Positions 9,415 to 18,658 of a DNA stretch of 36,204 nucleotides are shown in pieces. How positions within the stretch are numbered: the stretch's first letter is position 1; each line of letters starts with the position of its first letter. The stretch lies in contig PBAZ01000021.1 of NCBI GenBank assembly GCA_002717565.1, positions 28,837-65,040 on the forward strand, written 5' to 3'. A model generated the notes under the pieces. It searched no databases. It had not been told where the DNA came from and saw only the letters and a list, made by a program, of their open reading frames with translations. The stretch comes from Chloroflexota bacterium (GTDB lineage Bacteria > Chloroflexota > Dehalococcoidia > Lucifugimonadales > GCA-2717565). The translations under genes were made by a program, and so were the position numbers.

Positions 9415-10413
9415 TCATACGTTGGAGGAGCTGATCTCCCTGTAAACTTGGAGCCTATGTCGGCAGCTATCTACGATGAAGATATCTCCCAAATCATTTG
9501 ACTCAATTGCAGTAGGTCCCCAGAAATAACTTTCCACGTTCGCAGACGGTTCTCCTCTTGCAGTTTGCCGGCCAGTTAAATCCGGTAATAGATTCGCGGA
9601 CAGGCGGGCCTCTGCCTCCTGCGGGTTGGCCTGTAGATAATCTTCGGCCCATTTCGAATCTTCGGCTTGGCCATAAAGGAGTTGTACAGGGTCTGACCCA
9701 GCAAGTACGACTACTCTATTATTGCCCCAATCTGAGACTATGAAGTACCCGCTGTTTGTGGTTAATATATGGGAGGGCCGGTATAAACCTGTATGCTCGC
9801 TATCGAATGTCGCTGTGATATCACCGGCCTCGTCTAGTACTTTAATTGAATCATCTCTCCAATCACACACAAAAAGGTCAGAGCCTAGTAAGTCTAACCC
9901 CCACGGGAAGTTGAGGTTGCCAATACCTCCCCATGAGGCAAGGTATTCACCTTCTGTAGTAAACAGTTGTACCCGGTGATTCATGCTGTCGGATACATAT
10001 AGAGTGCCATCACTTGCGAACTTAACGTAAGAAGGACGATTCAGTTGACCAGCATCTCTCCCGCTCACTCCAAAGTGATGAGTGAGTTGCCCATCGGGTG
10101 TGAAGAAGGATAACCGATCTAGGGCTTCATCAGCGATGACAATCTCTCCCGATGCTGTGTAATCTATCGAACTCGGCCACCAGAATTCACCCGGTCGTAT
10201 TCCTCCTGTGCCAAACTCGCGAATATATTCCCCATCCGATGTGCAGACGCTTACGCGCTTGTAAGGAAGTCGTATGCCCACTTCAGGCCCGGCTCGATTA
10301 AGTACGTAGAGTAGACCGTCAGGGCCGATGCACATATCGATTGGGTTATTAAATCCTCTTCCCTCGTTGGAGAGGAACCCTATTGTGTGACTGTATGCCA
10401 GAACAGATTTCAT
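9415..10413 (-). CDS. NHL-repeat beta-propeller protein
   Basis: Repeated units FNNPIDM, GEFWWPSSI, GQLNRPSYV..LYVSDSMNHRVQ, LNFPWGL, LYRPSHI..VSDWGNNRV, FWGPTAI..IVDSCRHRLQVY. Confidence 0.88.
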   Translation of the reverse strand: MKSVLAYSHTIGFLSNEGRGFNNPIDMCIGPDGLLYVLNRAGPEVGIRLPYKRVSVCTSDGEYIREFGTGGIRPGEFWWPSSIDYTASGEIVIADEALDRLSFFTPDGQLTHHFGVSGRDAGQLNRPSYVKFASDGTLYVSDSMNHRVQLFTTEGEYLASWGGIGNLNFPWGLDLLGSDLFVCDWRDDSIKVLDEAGDITATFDSEHTGLYRPSHILTTNSGYFIVSDWGNNRVVVLAGSDPVQLLYGQAEDSKWAEDYLQANPQEAEARLSANLLPDLTGRQTARGEPSANVESYFWGPTAIESNDLGDIFIVDSCRHRLQVYREISSSNV

Positions 10414-10453
10414 GATTTCCTATAGCGACTAGCGCCAATACAAGAGAAGCATC

Positions 10454-11863
10454 CTATGCCATCTGATATTCCCTCGTAGATACAATCATTTGGAGTAACT
10501 CCGTTACACGCTGCTCTGAGCAGGGTATAGAGTCAGGCCGCGCGAAAGAAAGATTGCCCCATTTAGAAGCGTACTCAACGAGTGTTTCAATGGTCTTACT
10601 CGGCATGTCGTATACTGCCATCGCTTCAAGACAACTGTGGACTAAGGTCTCAGGTTCGATGGTAGGGCCGTAAGAGCGTACGAAATCTATAATGGATCTT
10701 ATCCCTGGATGAGAGCTATTACTGATTTCTTTTGTCGAGGCGTTAAGTCTTTCAACCAGACTGCCGGTTTCTATCCATTCTGATCCTGTATGCCACCCTT
10801 CGACAGTGGGTGGATTCAATATCTCCTGCCCCATAAAATTCACATCCATGGCTGTCAGGACGATGGTCCAATCTGGAAATTGGTGGCTTTCTGCAAGCCT
10901 GCAGGTCTGGACAACAAGTTCAATTGGGCTCATCACCTTAGACCTGATATTATGAATTGACTTAAAGTAGTCCGAGTTGAATAGTTCCCGAAGCACCTGT
11001 CGGATGTCTCCATGACATTTCAAAAATACTCGTGCCAATTCATCAACCGAACGCTCGTCTATAGCATCAGATACGAAGTAGCGGTAGAGCTTTTCGCATA
11101 TGAACCGCGCCGTCGCAGGGGAAGAGCAAATCATATCCAATATATCCTCGCCGTTAAAGCGTCCAGTTTGTCCAAGGAATGTTTTGACGCCGTCGTCGTG
11201 ATTTTGAGGTATGTATTCGAATTGCCAATCTAATCGCCCGTAAGGCCATATCGAGTCTCTTTCAGCCCTTCTACTCATATATTCGGCGTTTCTAATGCTC
11301 CAGCCAGTGAACGATCTAGCGCAATTCTGTACATCTTCTTCGGTGTACTGGCCAATGCCCATGGAGAAAAGCTCCAATAGTTCCCTACCGTAGTTTTCGT
11401 TGGGGGCCCCCATTTTGTTATCTTTATTGTCTAGCCAAAAAATCATCGCTGGATCTTTCGAGAGTTCGAGAAGTATTGCCCGTAGATTGCCCAGTCCAAA
11501 TTGTCTGAACATATCGATTTGATTTACCACCGCTTTGGCGTGATTGAGCTTTCCATATGCAGTAGCGAAAAGTCCATGCCAGAACAACGCCATTTTCTCT
11601 TCCAAAGGGCTGCGGCTGTTTACTAATTTATATAACCAGTTTGCCTGAGAACTTTCAATCAGCATCAAGCTATTTTGGTCTACGTGATAGCGCCGGATTA
11701 AATCGTCATCCATATTGGGATGAAGTTCCGGATAAAGTAGCTCCTCTACGGCAGCTTCATAAGTCCCGTTGCAAAGCCGCTCTACCTCGACACGAGTGGC
11801 CCCCAGGCCCGCTCGTCTTAAAAGATGCGCAAACAGTCGCTTGTTTTCTGGTGTCAGTGACAT
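10454..11863 (-). CDS. DUF1800 domain protein
   Basis: AHLLRRAGLG, LEEKMALFWHGLFAT, DPAMIFWLDN, PNENYGRELLELFSMG, ARSFTGW, PPTVEGW, C-terminal STREYQMA. Start set at ATG 11863 with AGGAG RBS; the longer track ORF overlaps the PFK gene. Confidence 0.9.
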   Translation of the reverse strand: MSLTPENKRLFAHLLRRAGLGATRVEVERLCNGTYEAAVEELLYPELHPNMDDDLIRRYHVDQNSLMLIESSQANWLYKLVNSRSPLEEKMALFWHGLFATAYGKLNHAKAVVNQIDMFRQFGLGNLRAILLELSKDPAMIFWLDNKDNKMGAPNENYGRELLELFSMGIGQYTEEDVQNCARSFTGWSIRNAEYMSRRAERDSIWPYGRLDWQFEYIPQNHDDGVKTFLGQTGRFNGEDILDMICSSPATARFICEKLYRYFVSDAIDERSVDELARVFLKCHGDIRQVLRELFNSDYFKSIHNIRSKVMSPIELVVQTCRLAESHQFPDWTIVLTAMDVNFMGQEILNPPTVEGWHTGSEWIETGSLVERLNASTKEISNSSHPGIRSIIDFVRSYGPTIEPETLVHSCLEAMAVYDMPSKTIETLVEYASKWGNLSFARPDSIPCSEQRVTELLQMIVSTREYQMA

Positions 11864-11931
11864 TAGAGCTCCTGCTGCATAAGTGTTGACAGAGTATACC
11901 AGATAATACCAAGACAGAAGTAAGATGTCTG

Positions 11932-13116
11932 TCAGAATCTCAGGAATGCAGGCAAGGGGTTTCCAATCAGCGGTCCGGCATATTCGTAAAAACTTTCGGT
12001 CGGGAGGTTGGTTCCAGGTGTCCGAAAAGACAAAGGAACAGTCGCAACGCGGTTCGCGACGGTCTCTACGGAGGTCAATCCCGTTTTGCACACATATGGT
12101 GAGTTGGAAGACCTGACTAGGGTTACCATACGATCGGTGAATCCAGATGCTGCTGCTTCGATGGCAGCAAGTCCGACCAATTTCGCTTCTTCCTTGTCAC
12201 TACTTGAGATATTTTCAACAAAGCTTCTTTGTATGGTCCCGGGGTATTCATGGCGCACCCGTGTGTTCAAGGCATTTGATAACATATTAGTTAAGTGCTT
12301 GCCCGGGCTTTCATGATAAGCGTGCCCAAAGTCGTCAACCAGCAACGGTTTGGTTTCCGGACCTAGTATACCCTCTGTACCTCTACAATTCTCTGATATA
12401 ACTGCAACAGCGAACCCAAATTTAGTATAGGCATCGGACATTATCTGGACGAACAATTCTTCATCGATTGGCACTTCCGGTATTCCAATAAAATGCGGAG
12501 CGTCTTGGTCGGACCTCTTCCCCAGACCTGATGCCATAGCAAGCCATCCCGCGTCTCGGCCCATGACCTCAATAACAGTAATCGGGGATGCTTTGCCCAT
12601 AGAGAGAGCATCCTGTCCTGAACCCATGGTAGCGAGGGCGACAAACCTAGCCGCACTTCCATACCCTGGGGAATGATCCGTTTGGACCAAGTCATTGTCG
12701 ATTGTCTTAGGTACGTGGATCACACCTAAGCTCATTCCGCTCGCTTTGCCGGCTTCTGAGATTTTTGCAGTAGTATCGGCGGTATCGTTTCCCCCAATCA
12801 AAAATAGATAACCGATACCATGACGATCTAGCGTGTCTAGCAAAGGCTGGATGTCGGTATCGTTAAGTTTTTTACGAGTTGCTCCTAAGGCAGCTCCCGG
12901 AGTCTGACGTATTGCTGCCCAAGAGGAATCAGTAACGCTACATAGATCAGTGAGGGAGTCTGATATTAAACCTTCAATGCCTCTAAGTGATCCGAATATT
13001 TGCGAGGAAGGAAAGGAAGTTTGGGATCCATTAACAACTGCCCAAAGACTTTCATTGATAACGGGTGTGCAACCACCAGATTGCAATACAGCTATGTTTG
13101 CACGCTCAACTCCCAT
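11932..13116 (-). CDS. pfp: Phosphofructokinase family, probably pyrophosphate-dependent
   Basis: QSGGCTPVIN, IGGNDT (Asp at the PPi-determining position), PKTIDNDL (Lys, PPi type), EVMGRDAGWLA, PGTIQRS. Confidence 0.85.
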   Translation of the reverse strand: MGVERANIAVLQSGGCTPVINESLWAVVNGSQTSFPSSQIFGSLRGIEGLISDSLTDLCSVTDSSWAAIRQTPGAALGATRKKLNDTDIQPLLDTLDRHGIGYLFLIGGNDTADTTAKISEAGKASGMSLGVIHVPKTIDNDLVQTDHSPGYGSAARFVALATMGSGQDALSMGKASPITVIEVMGRDAGWLAMASGLGKRSDQDAPHFIGIPEVPIDEELFVQIMSDAYTKFGFAVAVISENCRGTEGILGPETKPLLVDDFGHAYHESPGKHLTNMLSNALNTRVRHEYPGTIQRSFVENISSSDKEEAKLVGLAAIEAAASGFTDRMVTLVRSSNSPYVCKTGLTSVETVANRVATVPLSFRTPGTNLPTESFYEYAGPLIGNPLPAFLRF

Positions 13117-13120
13117 TGAC

Positions 13121-14419
13121 TTAAAACACGTTCCATCTGGGGCGTTGGCCTGCCTCCCGTACTAGCTTGTCTGGAAGCCAATCCCGCAGGTTTGGACTTA
13201 TATAGAAGGTCGGCTCGATTAAATCCGACTCCGATGAAATTAGACCTTCATCTAAGGCCAGTTTCGCCTCCGGAGTCCCTGGCATCAAGCTCAGGCCGAT
13301 CCGAAGATTCACGAGAGCCGGATCCAACTGTTTCAGGAACTGCAGTTTCTCTTCCACTGAACCGCGTGTTTCTCCTGGACCCCCAAATCTTTGAGAAATA
13401 CTGTACTTGAGGCCCCGATCTTCACACATGCGACATGTTTCTAGGAGTTCTTCGTTGTTCTTTTCTAAATTATTTCCATCATGAGCATCGCCACCTGCGG
13501 AAGTCATCAAAACCAACCCGCAACCGGAAGTTTTCATAAGGTCAATTAATTCAGTGTCACAACCAAACGGGCCTAGACACGTATTCCAGCGTAACGACAC
13601 ATGCGCATCAATCAGAGATCTACAAAGGTCTTTTGCATGTTGTAGAGGTGCATTGAAGCAGTTGTCGATAAAGAACACCTTTTTCAAATCATATTCGGAC
13701 CGCATGTGAATCACTTCATTTACGACTTCTTCGATAGGTCTAATAATTCTCCACAGCGTGTCGCTTTCTTCTATGTTTTGACTTTGGGTGGGGTAATAAA
13801 ACCCGCCCAGTTTTGTCAGAATACCTACCCCAAAACCCGCATGCGCGTACTTTTGCATATCAAGTCTTTCGAGATTTGGCGGCCTATCGAATGTCGAACT
13901 GCAACGACCATTCGAACTGATGGTCAAGCCATTATCAGAGTAAACCACGCCTGGCAATTTATTGGGGCTTGGCTCGCCAATCTCTAATCGATCTACCAAC
14001 TCTGAAAAAGCTTCCCCTGCATCCCCGACGATGCCGAAATCGGGTCTCACATATTCAAAACATTCGACCGGTAATATGCTGAACGCGGGTCCGCCACAAA
14101 CTATACGTGCGTTACTCAATTCTCTAATACAAGCTACGACCTCTTTCGTGATTGGCAGCTGCCATTGAGGATCTAGGTAACTATGATTACTGAGATTCCG
14201 CATCGATATCCCGACGACATCAGGAGCAAAGCTTTTGGTCTTCTCAGAGACTTCTTCTAAATAATCTTCACCAGCGAACATTAGATCTAAGGTCTCAACT
14301 TGATGTTTATTCTCGTCTAGGTAGGCGGCGACGTAAGCTAGTCCAATTGGGACAGGTCTAGCATCCATGCGACTCATTAGCCGATTGTGTCGGTTAGTGG
14401 CAATCAATAATACTCTCAT
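13121..14419 (-). CDS. Cobalamin-binding-domain protein with radical-SAM-like domain lacking the CxxxCxxC motif
   Basis: N-terminal B12-binding pattern PVPIGLAYVAAYL...PDVVGISMRN...IVCGGPAFS; downstream RPIEEVVNEV, FFIDNCFN, FGGPGET, EPTFYISP. Expected Cys triad position reads TKLGGFYYPTQS. Confidence 0.8.
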   Translation of the reverse strand: MRVLLIATNRHNRLMSRMDARPVPIGLAYVAAYLDENKHQVETLDLMFAGEDYLEEVSEKTKSFAPDVVGISMRNLSNHSYLDPQWQLPITKEVVACIRELSNARIVCGGPAFSILPVECFEYVRPDFGIVGDAGEAFSELVDRLEIGEPSPNKLPGVVYSDNGLTISSNGRCSSTFDRPPNLERLDMQKYAHAGFGVGILTKLGGFYYPTQSQNIEESDTLWRIIRPIEEVVNEVIHMRSEYDLKKVFFIDNCFNAPLQHAKDLCRSLIDAHVSLRWNTCLGPFGCDTELIDLMKTSGCGLVLMTSAGGDAHDGNNLEKNNEELLETCRMCEDRGLKYSISQRFGGPGETRGSVEEKLQFLKQLDPALVNLRIGLSLMPGTPEAKLALDEGLISSESDLIEPTFYISPNLRDWLPDKLVREAGQRPRWNVF

Positions 14420-14558
14420 GATCCCTCCATACCCAATCTGATTGTGTAGATTTTACACTCTCCAATGAATCTTGGCATTCGATGATTCACTCTATGGTAC
14501 TCTTAAATTATACTGTTCAATATATACTCCTGTGACTTTATGAGGATTAACGTCTGGT

Positions 14559-15134
14559 ATGAAGCATTCTGTTGGGAACATTGTCTTGCTGAGCGTCTCT
14601 TCACTGTGTCTGATTCTCATAGGAGCCTGCACTTCATATGTGGGTTCTTCCGGCAAGGAAGCAGCGCTTACTCGAGTTAGTCAATCAGATTCCATCATTG
14701 CAGGTGGCATAGCTTACACAAGCTACGGTAATTCAGTGTCGCTGCCTGGTGAAGAAGTCCTTTGGAACGAGTTGAATGGGACACCTCTAGTGTTGAATTT
14801 CTGGGCGGGGTCATGCCCCCCATGCAAAGCTGAAATGCCGGATTTTCAAGAACTTCATGAAACGATCGGGGATCGCGTGAAGGTAATTGGAATTGACGTC
14901 GGTCAGTTTTCTGGGCTAGGAAGTAAAACTGAAGCTGAGGTATTGCTAGAGAGCTTATCCATCACCTATGAGACAGGATTTAGCTCCGATCCGGCCGTTA
15001 TGGAGAGGTACGGGATCCTAGCGATGCCCACTACAGTCTTTATTCGAGATGATGGTACCATCGCGCGTACATGGGCGGGCATAATTACCGGCGACAAACT
15101 TGACATTGAAGCCGAGAAACTTCTAAGCGATTGA
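14559..15134 (+). CDS. TlpA/ResA-like thiol-disulfide oxidoreductase, probable lipoprotein
   Basis: VLNFWAGSCPPCKAEMP, cis-Pro AMPTTVFI; hydrophobic N-terminus ending in lipobox-like LIGAC. Confidence 0.9.
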   Translation: MKHSVGNIVLLSVSSLCLILIGACTSYVGSSGKEAALTRVSQSDSIIAGGIAYTSYGNSVSLPGEEVLWNELNGTPLVLNFWAGSCPPCKAEMPDFQELHETIGDRVKVIGIDVGQFSGLGSKTEAEVLLESLSITYETGFSSDPAVMERYGILAMPTTVFIRDDGTIARTWAGIITGDKLDIEAEKLLSD

Positions 15135-15224
15135 CTACTGAAGAAAATGTGCCTTGAGCGAATTGCATCCCTGGTATAGGTAAAATAAAATGTACCCGAA
15201 CAATATAAAGAAAGTGTAATAGAG

Positions 15225-16184
15225 ATGAATACAGAAAAGATAAGTTTTGGGGTAAATTTAAGTGTAGACGACTATGGCGATTGTGGGAAGTTTGCCTCTG
15301 TGGCAGAAGATCTTGGGTTTGATCGTGTATGTACTGGAGAGCACGTTATGGATGGCAATCCTCCGCGGCCTACCATAATGACAATCCCTGCCATGGCTGC
15401 AGCAGCCGGAGCAACACAGCGTATAAGAGTTATGACGGGAATAGTTATAGCACCTTTGTACCACCCAGTTATGCTCGCAAAATTAGTTGCCAGTCTCGAT
15501 ATCGTTTCCAATGGCCGTTTAGACTTCGGAATAGGAATTAGTGGACAGAGGGGAACCAAAGTAGAGTTTGACGCATTAGATATACCGGTCTCTTCTCGTG
15601 GCCGCCGAACCGATGAGATGCTGGAATTAATGAAGCGATTATGGACAGAGGATCACGTTACACATTCGGGAAGATACTTCAATGTGGAAGATGTCACGTT
15701 GCTACCTAAACCCCATCAGACACCTAGCCCACCAATATGGGTGGCCGGCCGTAGTGAGGCTGCTATGAGGCGGGCCATTGTCCATGGCAACGGATGGTAT
15801 CCATACCTTTTTACTGTACGTCGCTTAAAGGCAACTAATGAGCAGATTGTTTCAATCGCTAACGAAATGGGAAAGGACCTAAGTGGCTTTCATTGGGGTC
15901 TGAACCAGCCAACTGCAATTTCATTAGACTCCAAAGCCGCACTGGACAGTGCTATAAGAAACGTAGGCCAGAGATACGTTACCGCCGAAAGAAGTGCTGA
16001 AGATATAGCCAAGGCTTTGTGTGTAACAGGAACCCCAGAAGAATGCATAAGAAGTATAGAGGAACGTGTAGAAACAGGGGTGAAAGAAATCAACTTCGGG
16101 TTCCTCTCGGACACACCGGATGAAATGTACAGACAAATGGAGCTGTTTTCCGAAGAAGTAATGCCCCATTTCAAACACAATTAG
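15225..16184 (+). CDS. Luciferase-like (LLM class) flavin/F420-dependent oxidoreductase
   Basis: AEDLGFDRV..GEH, AGATQRIRV.TGIVIAPLYHPVMLAK..ASLD.VSNGRL.FGIG, PKPHQTPSPPIWVAG. Confidence 0.92.
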   Translation: MNTEKISFGVNLSVDDYGDCGKFASVAEDLGFDRVCTGEHVMDGNPPRPTIMTIPAMAAAAGATQRIRVMTGIVIAPLYHPVMLAKLVASLDIVSNGRLDFGIGISGQRGTKVEFDALDIPVSSRGRRTDEMLELMKRLWTEDHVTHSGRYFNVEDVTLLPKPHQTPSPPIWVAGRSEAAMRRAIVHGNGWYPYLFTVRRLKATNEQIVSIANEMGKDLSGFHWGLNQPTAISLDSKAALDSAIRNVGQRYVTAERSAEDIAKALCVTGTPEECIRSIEERVETGVKEINFGFLSDTPDEMYRQMELFSEEVMPHFKHN

Positions 16185-16186
16185 AC

Positions 16187-16615
16187 ATGCCTCGGTTATC
16201 TTTAACTTCACTAATACCAGGAGCCCCGAAAGAGGTCTTCCAATACGTGACAAAGTTTCCCGTTTCAGGGAACCCTGCTCTTGCAATACTCGAAGATACA
16301 TATGGAAAGGTGATAGAGAGCACGGGTAATATATATATCTTCCATGACAAACAACATGATTACATCACGTGGGAATGCCAGTTCGACGCGCCACACAAAC
16401 GAACTATGAAAGCGTTGAACTCCAGTTGGTCTGACAGAACGGATACTTTCATCAAAGCGGGAGCAAACACTCTGTGGACTATTGATTGGCAATCAAAGGC
16501 TACCGGTTTAGCAGTCTACACTCAATGGATGGCTTTTCATATCAAAGTAAAACGAGAAGCGTATCGAAACATCATTGATCCAGTGGTTTCGCACTTCCGG
16601 GACACCAACAAATGA
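16187..16615 (+). CDS. Small hypothetical protein, probably SRPBCC/START-like fold
   Basis: N-terminal IPGAPKEVFQYV, central FDAPHKR, beta-rich core and C-terminal helix pattern; 2 nt after the LLM gene. Confidence 0.6.
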   Translation: MPRLSLTSLIPGAPKEVFQYVTKFPVSGNPALAILEDTYGKVIESTGNIYIFHDKQHDYITWECQFDAPHKRTMKALNSSWSDRTDTFIKAGANTLWTIDWQSKATGLAVYTQWMAFHIKVKREAYRNIIDPVVSHFRDTNK

Positions 16616-16632
16616 GATCGACTTGACAATAT

Positions 16633-16661
16633 TTGACATTATTCGTAGCCGGGAATAGGCT
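16633..16661 (+). promoter_or_regulatory. Sigma70-type promoter candidate for the MBL gene
   Basis: TTGACA (16633-16638), 17-bp spacer, TAGGCT (16656-16661); a second TTGACA lies 10 bp upstream. Confidence 0.5.
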
Positions 16662-16688
16662 TGAGATTAACGCGACGGGAGTTCAATC

Positions 16689-17813
16689 ATGGATCATAGA
16701 TTCAAAGAGTTATTGGTATTACGTGACGCCAAAGAAAATGGCGACGGCACAGTATTAAAAATTACGACTAAGGGCGACACTGTCATCCATGCGATATCAG
16801 TGGCTCGGGAAGGTTTTTCTTACACTGGACCAACTTGGACGTATCTGTTTGAGAGCGATGGGCTAACTCTAATAGACGCTGGAGAAGCCGGATCCCTTCC
16901 TAGGCTCGAGGACGGCCTAGCGGTAGCCGGCTTTAAACTTCAGGATATTGACAGGGTGATTATCAGTCACGGCCACGAAGACCATGACGGGGCAGTGTCC
17001 GAACTCGTAGAGAAAGCAGATATAGAGGTCTGGGCGCATGAAATTTACGCCCATCTCCAAGCTTATGATCCCCGAACTATTAGCCGGAGAGTCATTTCCC
17101 CAATACAGAAAGAGATGTGGCGAGTAGCAGATCTGAATCGCTCTTTCCCTCCCACATCACCACAAAGGGACGAATACGTGAGACGTCGGCAAGCTCTTAC
17201 AATTGACCACCCAATTAAGGCTAACGAAACGATTGGAAAGCTAGAGATACTGCATACTCCAGGGCATTCTCCTGACGAACTGTGTATGAAGCTCGACGAA
17301 GTGATTTTTACTGGAGACCATGTATTGCCAGAGATTTCACCACACCCGACAATGAAGGCAGAGTTTCCCCCAGAAATTAAAGCAAATCTCCCTGACAGTT
17401 ACAAAGATGCCGACAAATGGTATGGCTTGTCACGTTATTTGCAATCTCTCAAGATAATAGTGGATTTCGGTCCAGAGAGAGAACTCCTACCAGCGCATAG
17501 ATACTACAATCGGGGCCATTTCAACTTTATTAACACGGAGCGTGCCGCAATTATCCTAGACCATCATGGTCAACGTCTTACAGATATATTAGAGAAAGTT
17601 GGGGCTGGAGAAGTAAATCTAGAAGATCTTACACGCGCCGTATTCGCTCATAGAGAACTCCTATCCGACAACTTGTTGGCCGGTTTAAGCGAGGTAGTAG
17701 CGCATGTAGAAATTTTGGAAGAGGTGGGAGATTTAGAAGTATCAGAAGATGGGGTAATATCTGCCACTGGTGTATCAAATCATTTGGGTTTCCTAAGTGC
17801 CTTGCAGGCGTAG
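16689..17813 (+). CDS. Metallo-beta-lactamase-fold hydrolase with C-terminal helical (probably winged-helix-like) extension
   Basis: LIDAG, SHGHEDH, TPGHSPD, FTGDHVLPEISP, LPAH; C-terminal EVVAHVEILEEVG. Confidence 0.88.
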   Translation: MDHRFKELLVLRDAKENGDGTVLKITTKGDTVIHAISVAREGFSYTGPTWTYLFESDGLTLIDAGEAGSLPRLEDGLAVAGFKLQDIDRVIISHGHEDHDGAVSELVEKADIEVWAHEIYAHLQAYDPRTISRRVISPIQKEMWRVADLNRSFPPTSPQRDEYVRRRQALTIDHPIKANETIGKLEILHTPGHSPDELCMKLDEVIFTGDHVLPEISPHPTMKAEFPPEIKANLPDSYKDADKWYGLSRYLQSLKIIVDFGPERELLPAHRYYNRGHFNFINTERAAIILDHHGQRLTDILEKVGAGEVNLEDLTRAVFAHRELLSDNLLAGLSEVVAHVEILEEVGDLEVSEDGVISATGVSNHLGFLSALQA

Positions 17814-17851
17814 GTTAGTCATTTCACAGAGAGTAACTACCCCAAACGTCG

Positions 17852-18634
17852 CTACTGACCATGCGCAGCAACCATATACCGCCCACCAACTACATTGATT
17901 TGATCTCCAGTAACGTAACTGGATTCATCTGACGCTAAATATAGACACGCATTTGCGATGTCAGATACCGTACCGAGCCTGCCTAAGGGCACTGGGTCTA
18001 GGTTGCGAGCAGTCGCCTGACCAAGTTCTGGATTATGAGGAGCCCATTCGGGGTGTCTCCTGCTTGTATCAATAGTTCCTGGGTTGACCATGTTTGCTCT
18101 TATATTGTTCGGAGCGAATTCTGCGGCAACGGCTCTGATAAACCCCCAAAGCCCCGTCTTGGCGGCTGTAACTGCGGAGGTCGATGGCCTTCCAGTAATC
18201 GCGGCCATACCACCTATTCCTATGATACTACCTGTCTGACGCTCTTGCATCTGCGGGATCAGCGCTTTACATAGATAGAAGGTGGAATGGAGATTTATGG
18301 CGAATACTCTATGCCAATCTTCATCGGATACCGTTAGTAAATCATGGTGAGGACGTATAGCCGCATTGCTAACAAGTATGTCTACTTGGCGTAATGCATC
18401 AATACTGTTCTGAGCAAACTTGGAACATTGCGTTGACTCGGCTACGTCTACTTGTTCGGTGTAGACGTTCGCTCCAAATTCGCGACACTCGTCCGCAACC
18501 GCACTCAGATCGTCTGGGCTATTTAGAGAGCAGAGTGCTAGATTCGCGCCTTCTCTTGCAAACGCGGTGGCAATCTCGCGACCGATGTTTCTACTAGCAC
18601 CGGTGATCAGGGCTGTCTTACCTTCAAGTCTCAT
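17852..18634 (-). CDS. Short-chain dehydrogenase/reductase with atypical active site
   Basis: TGASRNIG, DILVSNAA, IRANMVNPG, YLASDESSYVTG; the YxxxK position reads VTAAK. Confidence 0.9.
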   Translation of the reverse strand: MRLEGKTALITGASRNIGREIATAFAREGANLALCSLNSPDDLSAVADECREFGANVYTEQVDVAESTQCSKFAQNSIDALRQVDILVSNAAIRPHHDLLTVSDEDWHRVFAINLHSTFYLCKALIPQMQERQTGSIIGIGGMAAITGRPSTSAVTAAKTGLWGFIRAVAAEFAPNNIRANMVNPGTIDTSRRHPEWAPHNPELGQATARNLDPVPLGRLGTVSDIANACLYLASDESSYVTGDQINVVGGRYMVAAHGQ

Positions 18635-18658
18635 ATCATTATCCTCGGTATGTGACGT

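Noticed and set aside
11864-12091. N-terminal 76-aa extension of the DUF1800 ORF in the track
   Set aside because: It overlaps the PFK gene 3' end in another frame. A good AGGAG RBS precedes ATG 11863, where family-like sequence begins.
14444-14489. Short inverted repeats (GTGTA-N5-TACAC; TGAATC-N12-GATTCA) in a divergent intergenic region
   Set aside because: Arms of 5-6 bp are expected by chance; no second copy was seen.
14559-15134. TlpA-like protein checked as a second selenoprotein
   Set aside because: The active site is encoded as Cys-Pro-Pro-Cys, and its TGA falls at the natural C-terminus. Other TGA stops in the window also coincide with expected protein ends.
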